Assembly (NCBI RefSeq): GCF_004010195.1
Contig: NC_057718.1
Location: 94,597,205 to 94,650,252 of the forward strand
Direction: 5' to 3'
From: Chiloscyllium plagiosum
Lineage: Eukaryota
DNA: 53,048 bases
The translations under genes were made by a program, and so were the position numbers. Of the stretch, positions 36,830 through 48,894 are shown piece after piece. The notes beneath the pieces were generated by a model, which had not been told where the DNA came from, did not search any database, and worked only from the letters and a program-made list of their open reading frames with translations. Position 1 is the stretch's first letter; each line of letters begins with the position of its first letter.

Positions 36830-36962
36830 CATAAAGTCTTGCCGATGCTGGAGATCAGAGTCAAAAAGTGTGTTGCTGAAAAAGCACAGCCAGTCAGGCA
36901 GAATCCAAGGAGCAGGAGAATTGACATTTCGGGCAATATGTCTGAAACGTCGATTCTCCTGC
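36830..36962 (-). mobile_element. Penelope-like pLTR end fragment
   Basis: gatgctggagatcagagtcaaaaagtgtg...ttcgggc followed by inverted gaaacgtcgattctcctgc. Confidence 0.8.
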
Positions 36963-37160
36963 CTTTCCTGAAGGACATTAGTGAACTGGTTGGGCATTTA
37001 CACTAACTGATGAGTGTTTCCTGATCACCGTTACTGAAGGTGGCTCTTTGCTCCAGATTTATTGGCTCCACAGCAGCTACGGTCAGATTTAAACCTGCTT
37101 CCCCAGAGAATAAATGTGGTCCTTCAGAAGGCTGGTCCAGTGACCTTCCCGCTGTGCCAC
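36963..37160 (-). mobile_element. Second tRNA-derived SINE family copy
   Basis: cctgaaggacattagtgaac...ggtccagtgac. Confidence 0.6.
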
Positions 37161-37404
37161 CACATGTGGGTTCAAGTACAGACTGATATATGGAGTGGTA
37201 AATCCGTGATAACGGTGGGGGAAACCCAGCATAGAGGAGGCCAAAGTACCAGTGGTGAGGTCAGGAGCAGCTATAACTCACAAGGAGTGACAAAGACTAG
37301 AGGTAACTACTCTCTGAGTCAACCATGGCTAAATCAGTTGCACTCCCAGGGTTCAAGTTCCACCTTTGGATTTGCTGCTTAAATATCTAGGCTGACCTTT
37401 AGCA

Positions 37405-37612
37405 CAGTTGCACAATAGCTCAATGGTTAGCATTGCTGCCTCACAGCACCAGGGACCCGGGTTCGAGGAGTTTGCACATTCTCCCTGTGCTTGCATGGGT
37501 TTCCTCCGGGTGCTCCAGTTTCCTCTCACAATCCAAAGAGGTTAGGTGGATTGGTCAGTGTGGGTCTTCAGAGGGGCAGTGTGCGTGTGTTGAATGGCCT
37601 GCTTCCATGCAA
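37405..37612 (+). mobile_element. HE1-type SINE with internal deletions
   Basis: A box tagctcaatgg, B box ggttcga. Confidence 0.85.
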
Positions 37613-37629
37613 GGCAGGAGTCTGATGCA

Positions 37630-38589
37630 ATACAAACTCACTTACTACAAATCCACCGACTCCCACACTGCCTCCTGTAAAAATGCCATCTCATGGTCCC
37701 AATTCCTCCGCCATCACTGCATCTGCTCCCAGGGGGACCAATTCCACTATAGAACATCCCAGATGGCCTCCTTCTTCAAAGACTGCAACTTCCCCTCCCA
37801 CGTGGTTGACAATGCCCTCCAGTGCATCTCATCCACTTCCTGCACCTCTGCCTTTGAACCCCACTCCACCCAATGCAACAAAGATGCTGTGCCCACGCCA
37901 CTCCCCTCACCTCCATCCAAGGCCCCAAAAGATCCTTCCACATCCAACAGAAATTTACCTGTACCTCCACAAGTGTCATCTATTGTGTCTGTTGCACCCA
38001 ATATGGTCTCCTCTGCATCGGGAAAGCAGGACGCCAACTTGCGGATCATTTCAGAGAACATCTCTGGGACACCCGCACCAACCAACCCCACCGCCCCATG
38101 GTTGAACAGTTTAACTCTCCCTTACATTCTACCGAGGACATGCAGAGGGCTGGGCCTCCTCCATCACCAAACCCTTACCACAAGACGCCTGGAGGAAGAA
38201 CGTTTCATTTTCCACCTTGGGACCCTGCAACCACACGGGATCAATGTGGATTTCACCAGTTTCCCCATTTCTCCTCCCCCCCACCTTATCCTAGTCCCAA
38301 GCCTCCAATTTGGCAATGCCCCCTTGACCGGTCTTACCTGTCCATTTTCCTTCCCACCTATCCGCTCCACCTTCCTCTCCGATCTATCACTTCCCCCCCC
38401 CCACCTTCATCTTCCTATCACATTCCCAGCTACCTGCCCCCCAGCTCCTCCCCCCCTCCCATTTATCTCTCAGCCCCTCAGCCCACAAGCACCATTTCTG
38501 ATGAAGGGCTAATGCCCGAAATGTCCATTGTACTGTTCCTCAGATGGTGCTTGACCTGCTGTGCTTTTCCAGCACCACATCCTCAACTC
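37630..38589 (+). mobile_element. Penelope-like retroelement 3' part (RT C-terminal region, GIY-YIG endonuclease, pLTR)
   Basis: YYKSTDSH..SCKNAI..SQFLR; VIYCVCCTQYGLLCIGKAGRQLADHFREHL (GIY-YIG); LGTLQPHGINVDF; hammerhead core at 38498. Confidence 0.9.
38494..38529 (+). ncRNA. Minimal hammerhead ribozyme motif
   Basis: CTGATGA-A-GGGC-TAAT-GCCC-GAAA-TGTC. Confidence 0.6.
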
Positions 38590-39822
38590 GGATGCAATAC
38601 TCCCCACTTGTTGCTGGGGGAATAGGAGGGGGAATTAAAATGGATGGCAACCGGAAGGTTGGGTTGGTTAGTGCATGTGGAATGTAGATGTTATGCAAAC
38701 CGAACCCCGAGTCTGCGTTTGATCTCCCCAGTTGGGGCCACAATGGGAGAGGGGAGGTTTTGGGGGCAGGTCTGGCATCCCTTGTGACTGCAGGGAAAGG
38801 TATAGGGTGTCGTGGAGAAGTTAGTGGGGAGTGCAGAGTTGACAAAGGAATCACAGAGTGAATGGTCCCAGCAGAAAGCAGACTGGAGTGGGGAAGGAAA
38901 TATCTTTTTGGCAGGGGGATCTGATTGTAGGTGGCAGAAATGTCAGAGGATGATGCCTTGAATTCGGAGGTTGGTGGGGTGGTATGTGAGGACTCAGGGC
39001 ACTCTATCCTTATGTTGTTGGGGGTAAGGGGGTTTGAGGGCAGAAATGCAGGAGATAGAGGAGATACAGTCGAGGACATCCTTAATTACAGAGGAGGGGA
39101 AACTACGGCCCCTAAAGTATGCGGATATCTGGAATGTCCTGGAGTGGAACACCTCATCTTGAGCGCAGATGAGACGGAGGCAGAGGAATTCGGTGAATGG
39201 GATAGCGTCTTTGCAAGAGGGTGAGGGAGAGGACAGATAGTCAAGGTCGTTGTGGAGAGAGGTTGGATTAGGTGAGAGGGGTGGAGAGATGTAAGCGATA
39301 AATGTCGCGGTGGCAGTTGGATACGAAAAGATCGAGAGAGCGTAGGAGATTGGGAGGGTGTATCCAAACGGATGGAGTTTCCTGGAGCAGGGAGGAGTGA
39401 TTGTTAGAGGGTGGGCTCGATTCCTATTCGGAAAAGTAGGCACGGAAATGGGGGAGAAACAGCTCGACATGGTGGCGTGCGTGGAATTCATTGACGCATG
39501 GGTGTAGGGGAAGGAAGGTGAGCCCTTTGCTGAGGACTAGCTGTCCAGCCCCAGTGAGGGGGAGGTCCCAGGGGGTTTGGCGAATACTCAGCAGAGCTTG
39601 GGGCTGAGGTAGAGCTGGGGCCAGTGGTGGAGAGTTCATCAGGAATTGGAGGTGTGTGTGCTGGAGTGGTCACATGGGCAGAATCCAGTCAGTGATGCTG
39701 TTGACAGTCACACGGCCTGCAGTGTGAGTGGAGGCAGCTGCTGAAATGTTGACATTCCTGCTCCTCGGATACAGTCTGACCTGCCGTGCTCTTCCAGCCT
39801 CTGCAGTCCTGACTATCTCCTA
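38590..39822 (-). mobile_element. Second, internally deleted Penelope-like element (minus strand) with an inverted pLTR end at about 39725-39822
   Basis: SCKDAIPFTEFLCLRLICAQDEVF and VLSKGLTFLPL (PLE N-terminal motif); no RT core visible. Confidence 0.8.
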
Positions 39823-39882
39823 GTCACAGGGGAATACCGGCCTGAGACTTTTATAATTGGAAACAGACAGAAGTCAACAAGT

Positions 39883-40089
39883 AGAAAGTGAGGACTGCAG
39901 ATGCTGGAGATCAGAGCTGAAAAATGTGTTGCTGGAAAAGCGCAGCAGGTCAGGCAGCATCAAAGGAGCAGGAGGATCGACGTTTCGGGCATAAGACTGA
40001 AGAAGGGCTTATGCCCGAAACGTCGATTCTCCTGCTCCTTTGATGCTGCCTGACCTGCCTCGCTTTTCCAGCAACACATTTTTAAGCTA
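39883..40089. mobile_element. Young 207-bp fold-back Penelope-like mini-insertion
   Basis: 81-bp inverted arms 39915-39995 / 40008-40088, 32-nt tail; TSD agaagtcaacaagt (39869-39882) / agaggtcaacaagt (40090-40103). Confidence 0.9.
39997..40028 (+). ncRNA. Minimal hammerhead ribozyme core
   Basis: CTGAAGA-A-GGGC-TTAT-GCCC-GAAAC-GTC. Confidence 0.62.
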
Positions 40090-40569
40090 AGAGGTCAACA
40101 AGTCACAACTGTTTAATAAGATTAAAATCTGTTTCCAAGTAAACCACAGCATCTAGAAACTATGCATCATTCCATTGGATCGCTAACACTTCCTTTTAAC
40201 TGGGAAATGCACGGATTACAAATCCTGAACAGACTCCGTTTGTAAATTTTACAACATCACTGTTCTCCTTTAAACAGTTTACCCAGTGAAGCAGCTAATG
40301 GCACAGCGTTTCCTCGTCACCTCCACTATTTATTGCGAAAAATAAGCAACAGTACTCACTGAAGATGAAGAAGATGTAAATTCCCTTCAATCCCCCCGTG
40401 ACATTTCTCTTGCAACATTGATCCAGAAGATTAATCTTTCATTCCTGGAGATTGCGGGATAATCCTGGAGAGTGGCTGACTCGGAGTCTGTGATTGACTT
40501 GAATCTCTTGCAGTTGGCAACTTATGATTCAGTCTCCAGCACTGTGGGGAGTGTAGACACAGACTTTAC

Positions 40570-41620
40570 CCCCTATGAGAAAAGAAAGTTCCTCATTTCC
40601 TCCTTCATAAACAAGTGACCCCTTTCTCTGAAATTATGCTGTCCAGTCCTAGACTCTCACACCAAGGGAAATAGCTTCTCTACATCTGTCCTGTCAAGCC
40701 CCCATGAATGTTTCAATAAAGTCTCCTGTCCTTTCTCTAAAGTCCAATGAGTAGAAGCCTAAGCTACTCAACCTCTCTTCAGAAGAAAATCTCTTCAGAA
40801 TCAATCCAGTGAAAGTTTTCTGGACTGCTTCCTATGCCAAGATGGCTTCCACTCAATCAAGGGACCAAAGCTTTTCATAGTATTTTGGCTGTGGTCTCAC
40901 TAGTGCCTTTCAGAGCTTTTATACTCCATTCTTTTTGAAACATTTACCTTCCCTATTGACTCAGTGGCACGGTAGCTCAGTGGTTAGCACTGCTGCTTCA
41001 CAGGTCCTGGATTCCAGGTTTGATTCCAGCCTTGGGCGACTGTCTGTGTGAAGTTTGCATGTTCTCCCTGTGTCTGTGTGGGTTTCCTCCCACAGTCCAA
41101 AGATGTGTAGTTTTGGTGGATTGTGCAGGCTAGCCATGGGAAGTGTAGGATTACAGGGATTGAGTGGGATGCTGTTTAGAGGGTTGGTTGGACTTGATGG
41201 GGCCAAATGGCCTGCTTCCACACTGTAGGAGTTCTATGATTACCCCCTGTACTGTTATGCTCGATTTTCGAGATTTAATCACAAGGACTCCAAAATCCCT
41301 TTATGTTGCACTTTCCTGCAGTCCCTCCCTCCTAATATAATGTGCAAGGCTTCCCTTCTTTCTGCCAACATGTATAACTTCACATTTTCTCACATTATAT
41401 TCCATCTGCCAAGTTGTTGCCCACTCATTTCACCTATCTATATCCCTCCGTAGATATTCTGTGTCATCCTCACCACTTGCTTTCCAGATACTTTTGTGTC
41501 ATCCATAAATTTGGGTATCGTACATCTGAGTCATCTTGCAAATAGTTATGGCCCCAGCACTGATCCCTGTGGAACATTTCTATTTGCAGATTGCCATCCT
41601 GACACTGCCACCCCCATCCC
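40570..41620 (-). mobile_element. Old CR1 fragment with nested SINE
   Basis: cacattatattccatctgccaa and gtgtcatccataaatt (reverse KF.DDT-like). Confidence 0.75.
40963..41240 (+). mobile_element. HE1-type SINE
   Basis: gtggcacggtagctcagtggttagcactgctgc head; tail cctgcttccacactgtaggagttctatga. Confidence 0.9.
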
Positions 41621-42977
41621 ATCTTTTACCTACTACTCACCTACTATTTCTATACAGCTACGCCTCAAGTGCCAGTTCAGAGTTGAACATGCAAGGCAGC
41701 ATGGACTTGCTCTCCAATGTTTATTGCAATTTTTGCCTCATGATCAGACCAAGGAAGCCCTATCTCAGTATAAACTGTTCAATCTCTCTTCAGAAGACAA
41801 AAACCGAATCTCTGGAATCAATCTATTGAACTTTCTCTGTACTTCCTCAGATGCCACTTGATCTGAACCTGTAACTGCATCACAATTCTCTGTCTCCAAG
41901 TAGTTAGCCAATCCTCTATCCAAGCCTATGTTGTCAATAAAGGGGGGAGGAGCAAGTGATACAGATGGTAAAATGGTATTTCAATGCAAGAGGTTGCACA
42001 AATGGTACGAGCGAATAGATATGGATGAAGATCTTAATGGTAGGTGTTAAAAAATCTTCTTCCTTAGTGACTATCTCCAGCTTAGCCATTTCCTTGCAGC
42101 TATTAACACCTACCAGCAGTTACAACATGGTCCTAAACATGGATTCTTATTACAGAACCTTTAACTTCCTCGAGAAGAATAATCACTCTATGCTAGATTT
42201 AATTTCCGTCTGTCAAAACTTTGTTTAAATTTTTTTCAAATTTAATATAGGTTTGCCCAGGCTGTTTCAGTAAATTCTAGAACTTTTGCCAATGCCCCTC
42301 AGGCACTAACTCACATGCAGCCAATCCAGCTTTCTTTTTCAAAATAAGATCATAATCTCAAGAAACCTCTGATAAATAAGCGTAAACTTCCCGTGCTTTT
42401 CCTGTCAACTTACTCTGCATGAGTCACACGTCCAATCTTTGTTTGTGCTATTCATTCGTCATGTCAGTTTTTCAAATGACATCAAGATTGACTGCATATC
42501 CTTTACCTCAAGATTCGGTAGGACCTCTGAAAACATAAACCTTTCCTTACAGGGTTTTAGATTTTGACTCAGATTGTCACCAGAGTCTATATTACCATCC
42601 GATATCTTTTGCTTCAACTGTCTCATTTTTAGCCTATGTTCACATTTTTTTTTTTCTCTCTCTCCCATCCCTTTTCCTTCACAATTCTGATTCTAGGATT
42701 CTCAATCCTATTTCCCTTTTCCTTGCTTTGCTTCCTGTGCTTTGGAAATCCATCTCCAGCTTTTTTTCATTTTTTCTTCTTCATGCTTAAGCCAGTTTAA
42801 TTATCTCAGTATTTCCTTTTACCAACATGTAACGACCTTGAACATTACCGGGGTCTCTGAATTAACATTCCAGTAGTAATACCACTCGGCCATCGCCTCC
42901 TCTCTGGTCCTAGACTCTCTCCCAAAGGGAAACATCCTTAGGGTGTAGGTTTGCTCGCTCAGCTGTAGGTTTGATAT

Positions 42978-43017
42978 CCAGACATTTCATTACCTGGCTA
43001 GGTAACATCATCAGTGG
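42978..43017 (-). ncRNA. Minimal type I hammerhead ribozyme motif
   Basis: CCA-CTGATGA-T-GTTACC-TAGCCA-GGTAAT-GAAAT-GTC-TGG. Confidence 0.68.
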
Positions 43018-43645
43018 CGACCTCCAAGTGAAGCGAAGCTGTTGTCTCCTGCTTTCTATTTATATCTTTCTCCTGGATGGGGTTCCTGGGGTTTGTGGTG
43101 ATGTCATTCCCTGTTCGTTTTCTGAGGGGTTGATAGATGGCATTTAGATCTGTGTTTGTTTTGGCATTGTGGTTGAAGTGCCAGGCCTCTAAGAATTCTC
43201 TGGCATGTCTTTGCTTAGCCTGTCCCAGGATAGATGTGTTGTCCCAGTCGAAATGGTGGTTTTTTTCATCCGTGTGTAGGGCTATGAGGGAGAGAGGGTC
43301 GTGTCTTTTTGTGGCTAGCTGGTGTTCATGTATCCTGGTGGCTACCTTTCTTCCTCTTTGTCCTATGTAGTGTTTGTGGCAGTCCTTGCATGGAATTTTG
43401 TAGATGACGTTGGTTTTGTCCATAGGTTGTACTGGGTCTTTTAAGTTTGTTAGTTTTTGTTTGAGAGTGTTGGTGGGTTTGTGTGCTACTAGGATTCTGA
43501 GGGGTCTTAGTAGTCTGGCTGTCATTTCTGAAACTTCTTTGATGTATGGTAAGGTGGTTAGGGTTTCTGGCTGTGTTTGGTCTGCTTGTCGTGGTTTGTT
43601 CTTGAGGAATCTGCGCACTGTGTTTTTTGAGTATCCGTTCTTCTT

Positions 43646-44425
43646 NNNNNNNNNNNNNNNNNNNNNNNNNNNNNNNNNNNNNNNNNNNNNNNNNNNNNNN
43701 NNNNNNNNNNNNNNNNNNNNNNNNNNNNNNNNNNNNNNNNNNNNNNNNNNNNNNNNNNNNNNNNNNNNNNNNNNNNNNNNNNNNNNNNNNNNNNNNNNNN
43801 NNNNNNNNNNNNNNNNNNNNNNNNNNNNNNNNNNNNNNNNNNNNNNNNNNNNNNNNNNNNNNNNNNNNNNNNNNNNNNNNNNNNNNNNNNNNNNNNNNNN
43901 NNNNNNNNNNNNNNNNNNNNNNNNNNNNNNNNNNNNNNNNNNNNNNNNNNNNNNNNNNNNNNNNNNNNNNNNNNNNNNNNNNNNNNNNNNNNNNNNNNNN
44001 NNNNNNNNNNNNNNNNNNNNNNNNNNNNNNNNNNNNNNNNNNNNNNNNNNNNNNNNNNNNNNNNNNNNNNNNNNNNNNNNNNNNNNNNNNNNNNNNNNNN
44101 NNNNNNNNNNNNNNNNNNNNNNNNNNNNNNNNNNNNNNNNNNNNNNNNNNNNNNNNNNNNNNNNNNNNNNNNNNNNNNNNNNNNNNNNNNNNNNNNNNNN
44201 NNNNNNNNNNNNNNNNNNNNNNNNNNNNNNNNNNNNNNNNNNNNNNNNNNNNNNNNNNNNNNNNNNNNNNNNNNNNNNNNNNNNNNNNNNNNNNNNNNNN
44301 NNNNNNNNNNNNNNNNNNNNNNNNNNNNNNNNNNNNNNNNNNNNNNNNNNNNNNNNNNNNNNNNNNNNNNNNNNNNNNNNNNNNNNNNNNNNNNNNNNNN
44401 NNNNNNNNNNNNNNNNNNNNNNNNN
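43646..44425. other. Assembly gap (780 N)
   Basis: N run at the centre of the long inverted repeat. Confidence 1.
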
Positions 44426-44919
44426 AAGACCCCTCGGAATCCTAGTAGCACACAAACCCACCAACACTCTCAAACAAAAACTAACAAACTTAAAAGACCC
44501 AGTACAACCCATGGACAAAACCAACATCATCTACAAAATTCCATTCAAGGACTGCCACAAACACCACGTAGGACAAACAGGAAGAAAGTTAGCCACCAGG
44601 ATACATGAACACCAGCTAGCCACAAAAAGACACGACCCTCTCTCCCTCGTAGCCCTACACACGGATAAAGAAAAACCACCATTTCCACTGGGACAACACA
44701 TCTATCCTGGACAGGCTAAGCAAAGACATGCCAGAGAATTCCTAGAGGCCTGGCACTCCAACCACAACGCCATAAACAAGCACATAGATCTAGATGCCAT
44801 CTATCAACCCCTCAGAAAACAAACAGGAAATGAAATCACCACAAACCCCAGGAACCCCATCCAGCAGAAAGATATAAATAGAAAGCAGGAGACAACAGTT
44901 TTGCTTCACTTGGAGGTCG

Positions 44920-44959
44920 CCACTGATGATGTTACCTAGCCAGGTAATGAAACATCTGG
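44920..44959 (+). ncRNA. Minimal type I hammerhead ribozyme motif
   Basis: CCA-CTGATGA-T-GTTACC-TAGCCA-GGTAAT-GAAAC-ATC-TGG. Confidence 0.68.
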
Positions 44960-45877
44960 ATATCAAACATACAGCTCAGCGAGCAAACCTACGCCCTAAA
45001 CCTCAACCTGAGCTACAAACATTCACAAACCTTGCAGGAAACATCCTCTAAGCATTTACCCTTTCAAGCCCTTTAAGAATCCTTCTGCTGTCACTCCAGA
45101 AACCTCAGACCAAGCCAGTGCACCCAAAACAGCCTAATGTCAAACTGGGGCCTCAGTAAAACTCTTTACATACTTGTGGAGAGTCACAGAAAGTGCCTAT
45201 ATTACCACAGAGTGCTCCTTCTAACTGATGGATAAATTGTCTTAAACTCAATTGGCTCCAGGGGTCTGCACTCACTAAATTAAAGCAAAATCCATTGCTA
45301 GACCAAGGGAACCCCTGATGTCCTTTCAAATAAGTCAGCGGAGACCCGGGTTATAAAATCTTGCTTATGTTGCAATAGAGGATCAGGACATTCCCTGTGG
45401 AATTTCAGCACAGATTTGCTCCATATTTAGCAAAATGCAGCAGACATCCATTTACTTAGCTGCAAAAGGTTCCAATTTCAATGTTACTGCTTCTCATATC
45501 ACAGATTGAATTGCATAACAAACTAGATGTCAACACAATGTCAAAATCAACTTGTAGATTCAAGCAAGAATCCTGATCCAAGGATAACATTTCTCATCAG
45601 GATTCAATTCGGACAAAACTGGGTAATCAGAACAAGCACGGGGAGATTATTAAATGGTCTGACAATTACCTTTGCTGTAAATGTAGATAAGTCTTTACTT
45701 AGGATAGCTCAGCCTGTCACATGGTAAGTCAGCACAATCTCTGGCTGGCAAGTTCCCATTTGGTGAGGAATTATAAATGAACTTCACACTGAGTGAACTA
45801 GTGAACCATTAAAAATATCACGCAGATGTTTTACAGGGAGATGTTTACCAAAGAAAAAGACAGCATGACTGGCAAAG

Positions 45878-45980
45878 ATCGAGAGAAAAAAAAACAAGAG
45901 AAAAGGAGGGAGAAGAAAAGAGTGGAAAAGAAAGAAAATAAGTGAATGAGAGAGAAAAGAGAAGCAGAAAGAATAAAGTA
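45878..45980. repeat. Purine-rich low-complexity tract
   Basis: Almost only A/G. Confidence 0.8.
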
Positions 45981-46049
45981 CCACTCACATAACTGAAAAT
46001 GGTCTGAAGTACTACAGAGACAATGTTTTATTTCTTCACTTATGGATGA

Positions 46050-46203
46050 CAGCATCACTGGTTAGCCCATGTTTATTACCCATTTCTAATTGCCCAGAGG
46101 ACAGTTAAGAATCAACCACATGGATTTGGGTCTGGAGTCACATGTAGGCCAGACCAGGTATGGATGGCAGTTTCCTTCCCTAATGGACATTTGTGAACCA
46201 GAG
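46050..46203 (-). mobile_element. Second SINE family 3' half
   Basis: tgggtctggagtcacatgtaggccagaccagg..tttccttccctaatggacatt. Confidence 0.75.
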
Positions 46204-46219
46204 TTGATGCTTAATAAAG

Positions 46220-47095
46220 TCATAGAGTTATAGAGCTATGTAGCACAAAAACAGACCCTTTGGTCCAATTCATCCATGTTGGCCAGACATCCTAAATTAA
46301 TCTTGTCCCATTCGCCAGAACTTGGCCCATATCCCTATAAACATTTCCTATTCATATACCCATCCAGATGCCTTTTAAATGTTGTAACTGTACGAGCCAG
46401 CCTCCAACACATTATCTGGCAGTTTGTTCAATACTCGCACCACCCTCTGCATGAAAGAGTCGACCCTTTGGTCGCTTTTAAATTTTCCCGCTCTCATCTT
46501 AAACCTATGCCCTCTAATTTTGGACTCCCCTACCTTGGGGAAAATACATTGTTTATTCACCCTATCCATGCCCCTCATAAGTTTATAAACCTCTACAAGG
46601 TCACCCCTCAGATTCAGATGCTCCAGGGAAAATAGCCCCAGCCTATTCAGCCCCTCCCTTAGCTCAAACCCCCTCAAGCCTGGCAACATCGTTTTACTGT
46701 AGAACCTCGATTATCCGAAGATCAATTATCCAAATTTCCGATTACCTGAACAAGATCTCGAGGTCCTGTAAAAATGGTGTTAAGCAACTCAGCGTTCAGT
46801 TATCAGTTAAAAGGCATTATGGCGTGCATTGCCAAGAAATGTTCAATAATCTGCACTCAAATTACTGCTTGTTTACAATAGATCAGTTATCAGTTAAATG
46901 GTGTTATAGCCTGCATTGCTAAATAACCAATAAATGTTCAGATAACTGGCACTCATAAATTACCACTTGTTTCCGGTTATCCAAATGATCGATTATCTGA
47001 ACAAAATACTCCCCGCTGTCTCATTTGAATAATCGAGGTTCTACTATGGATCTTTTTTGAAACCTTTTCAAATTTAACAACATCTTTCCTATAGC
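46220..47095 (-). mobile_element. CR1/HER1 LINE 3' fragment interrupted by a MITE
   Basis: ORF 46375-46689 (LNRLGLFSLE..LRGDLVEVYKLMRG); LINE resumes at about 47048. Confidence 0.92.
46697..47046. mobile_element. Tigger/pogo-like (Tc1-mariner superfamily) MITE
   Basis: TIRs ctgtagaacctcgattatccgaa / ttgaataatcgaggttctacta; TA on the left; subterminal gattatc repeats. Confidence 0.85.
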
Positions 47096-47099
47096 CATT

Positions 47100-47270
47100 G
47101 TTGAGATGTAGAAAGTGTAACAATCATTTTGCACAGAGAAAGATCTCATGTAAACCAATGACACAATAGACTAGATAATCTGCTATGCGAGTCATTGAGT
47201 GATTGGGATAAGGTTGGGCCTGGAAACTGATGAAGTCTCCCTGCATCATCCCTGAATAGTCCATGTGACA
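47100..47270 (-). mobile_element. Ancient SINE fragment (DeuSINE/SacSINE1-like)
   Basis: attttgcacagagaaagatctca...agataatctg; weak similarity from recall. Confidence 0.35.
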
Positions 47271-47784
47271 GAAAAGAAAAGTGTGTTAACTTCACATCTT
47301 CAACTGTTATTTCCAGGAATGAAGTTTAATAAGAACCAAATCAAGGCTTTCTGAGCCTGGCAATGTGTAACTCTACAAGATTTTCCCCCTGCTTTTGCCA
47401 AAAACCTCAAGACTTGTTGCAATCACAAGTGCTCAAAAAGGGACATGACACATTGTTGAATCTAAACATGACACATTGTTGTCCTAGTTCAGTTGGTGTA
47501 AAGTTTATCATCTGGTATTGAACAAGTACAGTGACATCAGTATGCATGCGTAACTGAGAGGGTCACTTCCAACATCATACCAAGTGAATTATTTGAGGTT
47601 CCAAACTGACGGAAGTGTATGCTCACACATGCATTACTCACACATTTTACATGGACAAATGAGGCAATCATGGCAAAGCAAGATTTATCCTGTTTTGATT
47701 TGATAGAAGCATATTAAAACTAAAATTCAGGAGTAATAAGTTTACGCAGCTAAACATGCAAAGTGCCAACATTGCAAATCAATT

Positions 47785-48122
47785 GATGCCATGGTGGCTC
47801 AGTGATTAGCACTGCTGAGTCGCAGCACCAGGGACCCGGGTTCGCTTCCACTCTCAGGCGACTGTCTATGTAGAGTTTGTATGTTCTCCCCATGTCTGTG
47901 TGGGTTTCTGCCGAGTGCTCCGGTTTCCTCCTACAGTCCAAACCTGTACAGGTTAGGTGAATTGGCATTGCTAAATTGCCCCAAAGTGTCCAGGGACGTG
48001 TAGGTTAGACGGATTAACCATGCAAAATGCAGGGTTACATTTGGGTGGGATGTTGTTTGGAGGGTTGGTGTCGACTCGATGGGCTGAATGGCCCTCTTCA
48101 ACACTGTAGGGATTCTATGATT
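47785..48122 (+). mobile_element. HE1-type SINE, full length
   Basis: tggctcagtgattagcactgctg, gggttcgcttcc, tail acactgtagggattctatga. Confidence 0.9.
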
Positions 48123-48894
48123 CACCATCTATGATTGACAGGATGTCATGTGTAAATCCCAGAAATTGTACTCAGTTTGTGGGAAATACTATACATAGTC
48201 TCATGTCTGTATCTACCCTTACCTTCCATTAAAGAAAACATTACTTGTCATTTGACAGACAATTTTGCAGAAAACAGAAAGATACAGCAAGAGTGATACG
48301 TCATTGTGGAGGCTAATTGCTAACACAGGCTGGGTGGTTTAAATAACTTGCCTCTGTGTTGTAATTTCGATGCATTTTTCCATTGAGAAACAATGTGGGT
48401 CAGAGCTGTGTTTTATGGGCGCACATCTGCTCCCAACACCAGTTCGTAAAGGTACAGTCTACTGGAGAGAGCAATGACCTGGGAGAAGAGAACGTAATAG
48501 GCAGAGGGCTTGGGGGGTGCTGGAGATGCCAACAAAGTGTGGGATTTGCTGAGAGCATGTGGCACCATTGCCACATGGGTGGCCATTGACATGGGGCAGA
48601 CGGGAAGTGGAGGGAGGTTCATTCTTGGACCCAAAAATGTCCAAAATGGAAACCCCTGCTATCCGTGAGTCCTCAGGAAATGGCCATTGACTGACCACAT
48701 CATTCACTCAGCTTGCCTCTGATGAAGGAGGGCCGTCTACCACCATCCTCACCAATGGCAAGGTGGCACATTGGCAGGAAGACAAGCTAAAGCCTCTAGT
48801 GATAGGCTTGGTGGCCAAAACAAACTAGAGACACTGCCTCAGATTTGCTCCCCTTGTTTAAGGAAATGCAGCAAGCTTTGTTTTAAACTGTACC

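Larger units (their letters stand above)
42939..45036. mobile_element. Penelope-like element with long inverted arms (GIY-YIG region on both strands), centre in a gap
   Basis: NVIYKIPCKDCHKHYIGQ..RIHEH on minus 42998-43645 and plus 44426-44939; arms 42939-43508 / 44426-44998 plus 38-nt tail; perfect TSD ggaaacatcct (42928-42938, 45037-45047) within a CR1 piece. Confidence 0.93.

Noticed and set aside
37433..38512. 359-aa ORF as a host gene
   Set aside because: Chimeric read-through from a SINE into a frameshifted Penelope ORF.
40360..40545. Minus-strand exon with donor ca|gtgagta (MLQEKCHGG...HLQ), phase-compatible with 33721
   Set aside because: Stops in all frames from the nearest acceptor, and the sequence looks like a DNA-transposon remnant (gttgccaac, repeated ctggag). 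It could only be a first coding exon, which is unsupported.
42998..44939. 510/511-aa ORFs across the gap
   Set aside because: The length comes from N runs. The real parts are the two inverted Penelope arms.
48715..48745. ctgatgaagg as another hammerhead
   Set aside because: No stem II or GAAA follows.
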